A DNA stretch of 64,000 nucleotides from positions 186,001 through 250,000 of the forward strand of contig CAKKNE010000002.1 in assembly GCA_918797485.1 (NCBI GenBank), read 5' to 3'. The DNA is from Pelagomonas calceolata (taxonomy: Eukaryota). Positions 55,054 through 64,000 of the stretch are shown one piece after another. The notes beneath the pieces were generated by a model. That model had not been told where the DNA came from. It did not search any database and worked only from the letters and a program-made list of their open reading frames with translations. Position numbers and translations under genes: made by a program. Within the stretch, counting starts at the first letter, position 1. Every line of letters starts with the position of its first letter.

Positions 55054-57291
55054 CTACTGGTCCTCGACCTCCTCCTCGAGGGAATCGAACCACTTTTCGA
55101 CCTCTTCCACGGTGATGACGTCGTCGCTGTTCGCGTCGATCTCCCGGAGCGCCACCTGGATGAACGCCTCGAGGGCCTCGGGGTCTTCGCGGAACTTGTT
55201 CTGGCGCAGGGCGATGGCGGCGAGCGCGTCGCGTATCTCCTCTACGTCCACAATCCCGTCGTTGTCGCGGTCGATGAGGTGGAGCCGGTCGCCGAGCCGC
55301 TCGTCGACGGAGGCGATCTCGCGCGCGATCTTGGCGGTCATGCGCTCGAGGCGCTCCTCGAGCGCGACGACCTTCCCGTCCGGCGCCGGCGCCTCGTCGG
55401 CGGCCTCGGCGGCGGGCGCGTCGGCGGCGGCCTCCGCGGCGGCGGCGGGCGCCGCGGCGGTCTCCGCGGCGGCGGGCTCCGCGGGAGACTCCGCGGCGGC
55501 GGGCACCCCGGAGGGCGCCTCGGCCTCCTCGGCGGCGGCGGCCTCGTCGTCGTCCGCGGCGAGCTTCGCCCGGACCTCGGCGAGCTCGTCCTTCTCGCGC
55601 TCGAGCGCCGATTCGTAGGCCATGTCCACCAGGACCCCGGCGACCTCCATTTTCTCTTTGGCGGAGAACGAGGCCGCGCTCGGCGCGCCGTCGGCGGGCG
55701 CCGCGAAGAGCGCCTCGGCGGCGGCGTCCGCGTCGGCCGCCGCGCGGCGCTCCGCGGCGGCGGCGGCCTCCGCGGCGGCCTCCGGCGTCGCCGCCGCCAG
55801 CGCAGCCGCGTCGGCGGCCTCGACGGCGCCGGCGGCGGCGTCGTCGTCGTCGCCGTCGCGGCGGCGCGCGGCGTCGCGCTCCTTCTCCTCGAGGTCCGCG
55901 GCGTCGCGGCGCTCCTCGGCGATGAGGCGGTTCTGCTGCTCGAGCGAGAGGAGCCGCGCGGCCTTGAGCTCGGCCGACGCGTCCTCCTCCTCGCGCGTCG
56001 CCGCGGCGGCGACGGCCTCGTTCACGAGGTCGGCGTCGAGCGCCGAGATCGACTCGGCGATGGCGCGCTCCGCGGCGCCGCTGTCGGGCGCCGCCGCCGG
56101 CCGCTGGAGCGCGAAGGCCTGCGACATGATCAGGAGCGCGATCGGCAGCTCGCGGAGCGCGGCGAGGTCGAGCCAGCGCGCGAGCTGCGCGTGGTACTGC
56201 GCCTTGGTGAGGCCGACGCCGCGCATGCCGCGGTCCGCGCAGGCCTCCTGCATCTCCTGGCGCGTGAGCGTGTCGAGGCCCTCGTAGACGATCCGCCGGT
56301 CGTCCGCGCGCAGGTCGCGGATGCGCGTCCGGAGCAGGTACCTGAGGAGCGCGTCCGTGCCGTAGGGGTTCAGGCCCATGTACTGGCAGAGGCCCACGAG
56401 CTGCGCGCGCGGCAGGTTGTCGAGCATGAGGTCGTCGCCGAACGACTTGGCGACGCGCGCCGCGTCCTCCGGGCGCGCCTCGCCCGCGCGCGCCTTGGCC
56501 ACGAAGTCGGCGAGCTCGGCCGCCGACGGCCCGCCCTCGGTGCCGTCCTTCCGCCGGCCGCCCCGGCGCAGCTCGCCGAGCGCGTCGCCGAGGAAGCCCG
56601 CGAGCGCGAGCTGCGCGCGCAGCGTGGCCTTGGCCTTCTCCTCGCGCTTCGTCGAGTCCTGGAACGTCGACGGGAGCATGCCCGGGAAGACGGCGAGCGC
56701 CACGGGCAGCAGCAGCTCCATGAACGGCACGATGAGGAAGATCGAAAAGGGCACGAGGCGCATGAGGTCCGCGGACGTCCGCGTCAGCTGCTTCCGCTCG
56801 CGCCGCGTCAGGTCGTGGCCGGCGAGGACGCGCGTCAGCAGGCTCGACGACGTCTTCACCTCGAGCCACAGCAGCTTCGACCCGAGCCAGTACTGCTTCA
56901 TCGTCTCCAGGAAATGCGTCCAGTGCCGCCGCAGGAACGGCTGCGGCGGCGGCGCGCGCTCGGCCGGCGCGTCGCCCGGCGCGGCGGCGTCTCGCGAGGT
57001 GCCGCCGGCCGCCGGCGCCGCAGCCGGGCGCGGCGCGTCGGCCGGCCCGGCCGCGCGGTCGGCCGCCGCCGCCGCCGGCGTGGCCGGCCCGGCCGCCGCC
57101 GCGGCTGGCCCGTCAGTCGCGACCGCGGCCGGCTTTGCGCTCAGCGGCCGTCGCGCAAATTGCCGAGGCGGCCGCGCCGCCAGCGCGAGCGCCCGGCGGC
57201 ACGGCTCCGGACGCGTCGGCCCGCAGCGCCTCGCCACGACGACCGCGGGTGGTCGCCGGCGCGCGGCGGCCGCTAGGAAGCGCACCGACAT
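55054..57291 (-). CDS. LETM1: LETM1/MDM38 mitochondrial inner-membrane protein with EF-hands
   Basis: YWLGSKLLW, LTRRERKQLTRT.ADL.RLVPF..F.IVPFMELLLP..FPGMLPSTF; DRDNDGIVDVEE. Confidence 0.92.
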   Translation of the reverse strand: MSVRFLAAAARRRPPAVVVARRCGPTRPEPCRRALALAARPPRQFARRPLSAKPAAVATDGPAAAAAGPATPAAAAADRAAGPADAPRPAAAPAAGGTSRDAAAPGDAPAERAPPPQPFLRRHWTHFLETMKQYWLGSKLLWLEVKTSSSLLTRVLAGHDLTRRERKQLTRTSADLMRLVPFSIFLIVPFMELLLPVALAVFPGMLPSTFQDSTKREEKAKATLRAQLALAGFLGDALGELRRGGRRKDGTEGGPSAAELADFVAKARAGEARPEDAARVAKSFGDDLMLDNLPRAQLVGLCQYMGLNPYGTDALLRYLLRTRIRDLRADDRRIVYEGLDTLTRQEMQEACADRGMRGVGLTKAQYHAQLARWLDLAALRELPIALLIMSQAFALQRPAAAPDSGAAERAIAESISALDADLVNEAVAAAATREEEDASAELKAARLLSLEQQNRLIAEERRDAADLEEKERDAARRRDGDDDDAAAGAVEAADAAALAAATPEAAAEAAAAAERRAAADADAAAEALFAAPADGAPSAASFSAKEKMEVAGVLVDMAYESALEREKDELAEVRAKLAADDDEAAAAEEAEAPSGVPAAAESPAEPAAAETAAAPAAAAEAAADAPAAEAADEAPAPDGKVVALEERLERMTAKIAREIASVDERLGDRLHLIDRDNDGIVDVEEIRDALAAIALRQNKFREDPEALEAFIQVALREIDANSDDVITVEEVEKWFDSLEEEVEDQ

Positions 57292-57460
57292 CGCGCCGGT
57301 CGCGGTTTTGCGCTCCCGTCTTGTCGCAGGGCACTTCTTTTCTGCGCCTTGCGGCGCACCAGCTGGCGGACTGCCTTGATAGACCGATACGACGACTCAG
57401 ACGGTCGACGAGGTGCAGCCGCTCTAGTATGTATGGCCCGCTAGCAGCTGTTCGACTGCC

Positions 57461-58828
57461 ATGGATGATCACGACGACGCCTTCACGCCGCTGCCGAGCC
57501 GAAAGCGGACGGGCTGGCGGCCGCTGGACTTCGTGCGGCGCCGGCATGCGCGCTTCCGCGAGGAATGGTGCCTCATGGAGGCCTCGGGCATGTTCGGCGA
57601 CTTCGGGACGCTGCTGCCCCTGCTGCTCGCCATGGCGAATGTGGGAAGCGTGGCGCCGGCTGCCGCGCTCTTCTGGTTCGGCGCGTTTAACGTCGCGACG
57701 GCGTACGAGTGGGACGTGCCCATGTGCGTGCAACCGATGAAGACCATCGCGGCGGCCGCGATCGCCGACGGGCTCTCGGCGGGCGCCGTGAGCGCGGCGG
57801 GCCTCTTCGTCGGCGCGTGCGTCCTCGCGCTGGGCCTCACGGGCCTCGTGGAGGTGGTGAACCGGTTCGTGCCGCGCAGCGTCGTGTCGGGCATCCAGCT
57901 GGGCCTCGGCGTGCGCATGGTGGGCCTCGCGCTCGTTATGATCTTCGACGCGCCCTGGTGGGCGGCGGCGGTCGGCGCCGCGCTCGCGCTCGTCGCGTTC
58001 GGCGTCGCGCGGCGCCGCGACGCCGCCGTCCCCGTCGCGCTCGGCCTCGTCGCCGCCGGTCTCGCCGTCGCCGCGGCCGCGGCCGCCGCGGACGGCGGCG
58101 CGGGGGCCGCCGCGCGCGCCGCGTGGCGCCGGTGGCGGCCGGGCCGCCTCGCGCTCGCGCCGCGCCTGCCGTCGCGCCGCGACTGGGTCGCGGGCGTCGT
58201 TCGCGCGGGCCTGCCGCAGCTGCCGCTGACGACGCTCAACTCGGTCATCAGCGTCACGGCGCTCGCGGGCCGCCTGTTCCCGGACGCCCCGCCCGACCGG
58301 ATGCCGACGCGCCGCGGCGTCGCCGCGTCCGTCGGCCTCATGAACGTCGTCGGCTGCTGGTTCGGCGCCGCGCCCGCGTGCCACGGCGCCGGCGGCCTCG
58401 CGGGCCAGTACCGCTTCGGCGCGCGCGGCGGCGCGTCCGTGTGGGTCCTCGGCTGGGGCAAAATGCTGCTGGCCCTGCTCCTCGGGGACAAGCTCATGTT
58501 GGACGCCGTCCGCGCGTTCCCCGCGCCCGTCCTCGGCGCGCTCCTCGCCGTCGCGGGCGTGGAGCTCGCCGCCGCGGGCGCCGCCGCCGACGGCGCCGCC
58601 GCGCCGTGCCTCGTCGCGGCCGCCGCCACCGTCGCGCTCCGGAACACGGGCCTCGGCGCCGCCTGCGGCCTGGCCGTCGCCGCGGCCGAGAAACTTGCCG
58701 AGCGCCTCGAGCGACGCCGCGCGGGCGACGACGAGCAGGAGGCGCCGCCCGCCGCCGACGCCGAGACGAAGGAGGAGCCCGCGTCGGGGGACGAAGAGGC
58801 CGGTCGCGCCAAACCGGAGGGCAAATAG
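57461..58828 (+). CDS. MOT1: Molybdate transporter, MOT1 family
   Basis: SGMFGDFGTLLP, PMCVQPMKTIAA, PQLPLTTLNSVI, CHGAGGLAGQYRFGARGG. Confidence 0.9.
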   Translation: MDDHDDAFTPLPSRKRTGWRPLDFVRRRHARFREEWCLMEASGMFGDFGTLLPLLLAMANVGSVAPAAALFWFGAFNVATAYEWDVPMCVQPMKTIAAAAIADGLSAGAVSAAGLFVGACVLALGLTGLVEVVNRFVPRSVVSGIQLGLGVRMVGLALVMIFDAPWWAAAVGAALALVAFGVARRRDAAVPVALGLVAAGLAVAAAAAAADGGAGAAARAAWRRWRPGRLALAPRLPSRRDWVAGVVRAGLPQLPLTTLNSVISVTALAGRLFPDAPPDRMPTRRGVAASVGLMNVVGCWFGAAPACHGAGGLAGQYRFGARGGASVWVLGWGKMLLALLLGDKLMLDAVRAFPAPVLGALLAVAGVELAAAGAAADGAAAPCLVAAAATVALRNTGLGAACGLAVAAAEKLAERLERRRAGDDEQEAPPAADAETKEEPASGDEEAGRAKPEGK

Positions 58829-58953
58829 GCCACCTAGTGTCAGGCCTCCTGTACATAAATAAGTAGTAGTAAATTTAAAATTGCGACTCGAACTTTGAAA
58901 GACTAGTAGTACTAGTTCGACGACTTGGAAGTGCCATGATTCAAGTTTGAGAT

Positions 58954-60646
58954 TCAAGTGCACGGCGCCGCCTTCTTGCGCCCGATAAAGTACGTCCCCG
59001 TGTATTTGTGCCGCCGGAAGGATTCGGCGTCTTGGTCTCTCCGTTCGTAGACCTTGTCAAATCCCGAGAGGAACTGGTCGAACACGGCCCGTTTCATGCG
59101 CACGGGATGATAGAGAACGTCGAGGTCGAACAGGCTCCTTTTTTTGCCAGGGGGACCTTCGCTGTCCCACCAACGACTGTGTGGACATCGACGATCGTTT
59201 TTTTGGTCACGCAATGATGCATTCTTTAGGGCATGTCGCGTCGATGGCGTGGGGGGTTGACGCGGTAGGGATCTCGAAGTTTCTGACACGGAAAACACAC
59301 TCGTTAAAAATAAGCAGGCCTCCAGGCTTGAGGGCATTGTAGATATTTCGGAGGATTCGGATGCCATTTTCGACGTGCTCGATCACGTTGATCATCATGA
59401 GCGTGTCGAAGGCTTGATCGAACACGTCCAACCTCTCCGCGCCGGCGTTTATGATCAACGTCCTGCCTTCGAATCCTCGCACTTCGCCGTCCCTATAAAC
59501 GCATGTCTCCACCGTGTTCATGTATGACGATGCTCCGGGCTCCATGATGACATAGTTTTCGACCTGAAATTTGCGTTGCTGGATCATCCAGAGGCTTTGG
59601 GTCCACGGTCCGGCACCGACTTCGATGAAGTTCCCGAGATTTGTGCCAGGGGCACCGACGTCTCTATACAAATTAAAGTCTCTCATGTGGTCGTCCACTC
59701 GATCCCCCGTCCTCGCGTTCACGTTCCAATTTTGCGTCCACAACTGTCCCTCGGCCCACTGCGCCTTCCGCCAGCGCGAGGGACTGATCACAAAAATGCC
59801 AGCGTCCTCCGCGTAAAAGCAGCGGTCGTCTTTGTTCGTGCACGGAGGTTTCGCAGTGGCGACCTCGCACCGCGCGCCCGTGTAGCCAGCGATGCAAAAA
59901 CATCGACCCAGTAAGTTCTCGCCTCGCTCATTACAATTGCCGTTGTAAAACCCCGGACACGAGGCGAGCGCGCCCCTCGTCGCTTGATTAGCGGTGACGC
60001 GCACCTCAGAGCTCTCCCAGCCTTCGCGGGCGACGGTCTTTGCGAGGTCGAGCTTATCGTTATTTAATATTTCCTTCCTGGTTTCGTGCCGCCGTATCTC
60101 GTCCGCCGTCGGCTTCCGTTTGAGCGTCGCCCACGTCCTCTTGGCGTTGTAACTAACTTTTATGCAATGGGGCAGCGAGTTACACAATTGCACAGCGTTC
60201 GCACAGCCGCCCGCGCACCGAATCTGGCAGGTCTCCGCGGCGCCTTGGTTCTGCCGGCACTGAAAATCCGTTTCAAAGTCCGCCTTGGCGACTGCCTTCG
60301 CTTGCACGTCGTCTCTGCGTTGTACGTGCTCTCTGCGCGAAGGCGCTCCGGCCTCGCTGCTGGCCTCGAGCGCTGCCTTCAGGTCTCGGACGGTCGCGTG
60401 CAAGTCATCCAGCTTCCCCTCGATGACGTGGTTGCGCCCGTCGCCCGCGGGCGTCGCTGCCTTCAGGTCTCGGACGGTCGCGTGCAAGTCATCCAGCTTC
60501 CCCTCGATGACCCCGGGCGCGGCATCGTTCGCGCGCTGGAGTACCGGAGAGGTAGTGAGGGTGAGGATAGCTCCCAGCACAATGATTGCTACCACGAGCA
60601 GTAGAGTTCGACCATTTCTACCTGAGGCACGCGCCGCGAGGACCAT
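58954..60646 (-). CDS. EGF-like + class I SAM methyltransferase, paralogue of 49830-51350; intron 59177-59300
   Basis: CFCIAGYTGARC, IEVGAGPWTQ, INVIEHV, ALKPGG; spliced FNDRWWD...HPVRMKR...YFIGRK parallels the paralogue. Confidence 0.8.
59177..59300 (-). mobile_element. Decayed introner-derived intron
   Basis: TIR-like CTGTGTGGACATCGA supplies the minus-strand acceptor; retains core GTCGCGTCGATGGCGTGG; other TIR and TSD not clear. Confidence 0.7.
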
Positions 60647-60785
60647 CCAGCAGCCCGACAACCTCAGGAAAAAGAAGCTTACATGGAACGCTATATGCAG
60701 GCGGTGTGCTCGGCACCTACCGCAGTACCAGTACCATGGTACGGTACAAAGCTGGTTCCGACCGCAGTATGTATTCATAGGTATA

Positions 60786-60916
60786 TAGAGAGAGAAACCT
60801 ACTAGCCCTTCCTACCCTAGATATGTATCTCCCACTCTCTAAATTTGAGTCTATACAGCGAGTGTCTTTGACGCTACGGTGTAACAACAATTTGCTATAA
60901 AACACTCTCGTAGTTA
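60786..60916 (+). mobile_element. Truncated solo LTR of the TRIM family
   Basis: Starts TAGAGAGAGAAACCTACTAGCCCTTCCTACCCTAGATATGTATCTCCCACTCTCTAA, as at 48117. Confidence 0.85.
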
Positions 60917-61154
60917 GGTATGGGGGGTGCCCCGGAGGGGGCCTCGAAGATTCTGACTCTTAAACACATCCACCTGCGCGTAGGCCGAGCACAAAGCCGC
61001 GAGGCCACCGCGCGGGCCACCTATTCCCATATTCTATTGGCGAGGCCCGCTAAGTGGCGAGGTGTGGACCTTTGCGGCCTCCGTCCTCGAGGTAATCCAG
61101 ACGGCCGAGGCTCAAGACTGTCGAGTATAGACCGACCACGACTACTCTGGAGCG

Positions 61155-62123
61155 TCATCGACCCCGCCCCCCCGTTGGCGCATGGCATGGAACACACTGC
61201 TTCGAGTCGAGGCGGACAGGCGGCCGCTGCCAATTTGATCGGCCCGCGTCCGTGGCCGCGAGGAGACAACCCAAATAGAGGGTGAAGCCGACCCCAGGCC
61301 TCTTTCTGAAAAGGCGCTTGGGGAGGTGCACGATGGCTGGGTCCTCCGAACAATCCTCCATCGCGCCGTCCGGGCAGAGCCGGTCTTCGTGCGTGCCGCG
61401 AACGTCATAATCCCGCGCGAGGCAGTAGGCCAGGACATGCGAATTCTGGTGTCTGTTCGTGGGGAGGCCTCGACCAACGTGAAAAAAACAGCCCGGCGCT
61501 TTCGGCCCGACGCGGGCTACCGAGGTAGCGGAGAAAGCCCAGCCCCCGCCACCACAGGGCACGTCGACCTCGACGTCGTCCTTGAATTTGCGGTTCCGAT
61601 AGCAGAGGTACGCGAGGAAGCCGCTTTGGGGTGGTCTTAGCAGCGCGAGGCCTCGCGTGCTTACAAAGCCATCGTCGTCGGAGAATACGAACGTGTCAAC
61701 GGGCACGGCTAGCGGGGTAGATGTCACGAGCGCCGCGTACTGCAGTCCCACAGCCCAACGCGTCTGCGCGGCGCCGTAGCCCCGGCCGCGGAGGGACGGC
61801 GGCGGTGCGTCCTCCAAGCCCGTGGCTTCCGCCCACCACTCGGCTGGCGACTTTGTTCGAACCGACGCGAGGCCCTCGACGCATTCGTCCGAGACCACCG
61901 CCCAGCGCGGGAGCCGCCGCGCCCACGTGCACGCGAGCGGCCGCACACGCCGCTGATGCATCTCGCCACCGCTGACGACGAGCACGAGCGTGCGTGCCAG
62001 GGCAGACGAAATGTTTGCCGGCGGGGGCGCGATGCTTTGCTGGAGCTCACCGCAGAGCTCAAAGGCGCGGTATGCCTGAGTTCCTGTGAGGAGGAAAAGA
62101 GCTGTGTGCAGCATGGGGCTCAT
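61155..62123 (-). CDS. GT31/fringe-like glycosyltransferase; C-terminus uncertain
   Basis: Signal peptide; TWARR, FSDDDGFV (DxD), GGGGWAFS. Confidence 0.7.
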   Translation of the reverse strand: MSPMLHTALFLLTGTQAYRAFELCGELQQSIAPPPANISSALARTLVLVVSGGEMHQRRVRPLACTWARRLPRWAVVSDECVEGLASVRTKSPAEWWAEATGLEDAPPPSLRGRGYGAAQTRWAVGLQYAALVTSTPLAVPVDTFVFSDDDGFVSTRGLALLRPPQSGFLAYLCYRNRKFKDDVEVDVPCGGGGWAFSATSVARVGPKAPGCFFHVGRGLPTNRHQNSHVLAYCLARDYDVRGTHEDRLCPDGAMEDCSEDPAIVHLPKRLFRKRPGVGFTLYLGCLLAATDAGRSNWQRPPVRLDSKQCVPCHAPTGGRGR

Positions 62124-63127
62124 TTCGCGGCTGCCCGGTGCTTCTTATCGTGCTGCAGCAGTAATAATAGGACCATTTGCAATAGCCATACCGCAGTATA
62201 CAAGTGTGGCGTAGGTACGTGCCATACTGCGGTATCAATTGCTGGGCCAAGTGTTTTTTATTCTTTTTGTTGCAACTTAAATATCTCTTAAATATTAAAT
62301 AACAATCTCGTAAGGGCCGGGCTAGGGTAAGAGCTTGGAGGGGGGGTTTGCTCGAGCTTGCGGCTCGCTGCGCAGCCCCATCGAATTCCAAACTCACGGG
62401 CATTTGTTACGTATAGCAAATGTACACGAGCTAAGGATAGAAAAAGAAACGGGCTGCTACCTAGACTACCTCTACGCAATATGTGCATGACGCGTGCCCG
62501 CGACGCTCATCAGTAATATTAAACAACAGAGTGCCCATCACACTTTCCAGCGCGGTCGCGGATTCGATCGGTCCTCCGCGGCCAGCCGCCGCCCCTCGCC
62601 GCGGGTCACGCGGCGTCTGGGTACCGTCGGGGCGGTCGACGTGGCCGCGGCGCCTTCGCGTGCCGGCGCGCCGCCCGTTGGATAATGCGTCGTTCCAAAT
62701 GTTCTCCAATGATTTCAAGCGCACGCCGGAGGCACAGCAGCTGCTGGACGCGGTCGGCGAGCAGGCCCTCCACGGGCGCACGGTGCAAGATGCTCTACGA
62801 AGGAACATGAGTGGCGCTGTCGCCGAGAATGACCCGCCGCGGTCAGTCGAACCGAACGAGCAGGGCTTATCCCGGCGACGGCTCCCGCGCCCGCGGAAGC
62901 CCCGGTCCGTCCATCGCGAGAAAAAAGGGACTTTAGGGGGCGGTGTTGTTCTGTGACGGTTGCACGCGTGTAAATAAATTAATTAATTAATTAATTAATT
63001 AACTTTAATTTATTTTTATTTAAAATAAAATAAATAATTAATCAAGGAAGGAATATCCTAAAGAAAAGGACATACACCAAGTATTTATTTATTTATTTAA
63101 GTATGCCAGTGTATTTATGTTTCTTTA

Positions 63128-64000
63128 CTAGCACGTCAGGAGCGTGTAGAGCTTGAAGCGGCTGCTGGGCGGGCCCTTGAGGACAAACGTGACGTTGTGA
63201 AAGCCCGCCCTAAACCCGGGGACGTAGTGCCGGTTCGTCAATTTTTTTGACCTGCCGTGCCCGACGTTGATGTTCTTGGACGTGCCAAGCGCGAGGTAGT
63301 TTGTAACCCTCTGCGACGACTGGTCCTCCCAGTGCGAGCCGAGGTCGAGGAGGGGCCTCTTCCCGTCGATGATTATGCTCACTCGTCCGTCCCACGCGTA
63401 GCTCCGCAGGAACTCGAACGCGAGGAAACCCAGCCCAGAGAACTCGAGGCGGAATGAGATCCGGTCCGCCGACGACGAGCCTTCCTTGCCCTTGACGCCG
63501 AGCCACCCAAACTTGTCGGCCCGGTCGCCGGCGTCCGCGGCGGTGAATCTCCACGACGCACCCACAGCGGCCGGGGCGCCCAGCATTGCCTCCGCGCCGG
63601 CGGGCGTGGTGCCCGGCGGCGCTGAAGTGAGGAACGCGAGGGGCATGCCGCATGTCGGAAACATGGCGCGCTGGTCCGCTGGGAATAGCAGTTTCGGGAG
63701 AGGCGGCGGAGCCGCGGAGATCTCGTTGCAGTCGCCAGGACGCGTTGATAGGATCGCGTAGATCAGATCGCCGAGCGCCGTGTGGACCGTCGCGGGTGGA
63801 TGGCTCATCATTTTGGTATTGGTCCACCGGATCCGCTGCGAGTAGCTTGCCGTGACGGGGAGAGCACGGATCGCATCTCTATAGGAGATGACATCCAAGT
63901 CGTAGCCGGTCGCGACGGCCCGGTGCGCGCCGACAGGAGCACGGCCCTCGATGACGACGATGACCGGGGGACGGTCCATCGACAGGATCTCGCGGATGAA
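63128..64000 (-). CDS. 3' part of a gene running off the window, possibly SGNH-like
   Basis: Open frame to the window edge; HPP..VH..LGDL, FEFLRSY, FKLYTLLTC. Confidence 0.55.
   Translation of the reverse strand, partial: FIREILSMDRPPVIVVIEGRAPVGAHRAVATGYDLDVISYRDAIRALPVTASYSQRIRWTNTKMMSHPPATVHTALGDLIYAILSTRPGDCNEISAAPPPLPKLLFPADQRAMFPTCGMPLAFLTSAPPGTTPAGAEAMLGAPAAVGASWRFTAADAGDRADKFGWLGVKGKEGSSSADRISFRLEFSGLGFLAFEFLRSYAWDGRVSIIIDGKRPLLDLGSHWEDQSSQRVTNYLALGTSKNINVGHGRSKKLTNRHYVPGFRAGFHNVTFVLKGPPSSRFKLYTLLTC

Overview
GC-rich, gene-dense eukaryotic nuclear DNA, most consistent with a pelagophyte alga (Aureococcus/Pelagomonas-like; inferred from PGRL1, bipartite-type plastid presequences and the intron family). 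About 35 compact genes are present. Roughly half encode predicted secretory-pathway glycan-modifying enzymes (sulfotransferases, SAM methyltransferases, glycosyltransferases, SGNH/TBL-like proteins, a sulfatase). The rest include LETM1, MOT1, PGRL1, mitochondrial ATP synthase b, and TUG/UBX, ALKBH8-like and JMJD4-like proteins. Main non-genic signals: (1) a family of intron-generating DNA transposons (introners) with 15-bp TIR CTGTGTGGAAATCAA and 8-bp TSD, five clear and two decayed copies in exons, in both orientations; in the four copies with a recognisable TSD, removing the element plus one TSD restores the reading frame; (2) a young 537-bp TRIM-like LTR element with identical 201-bp LTRs, non-canonical TA...TA ends, a 5-bp TSD, a copia-type half-tRNA-iMet PBS and a PPT, plus solo-LTR fragments; (3) a nested MITE pair; (4) a 300-bp inverted repeat pair bracketing two genes; (5) a run of 21 strictly strand-alternating genes with different recurrent motifs in divergent versus convergent spacers. 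All calls were made by eye, without database searches or transcript data.
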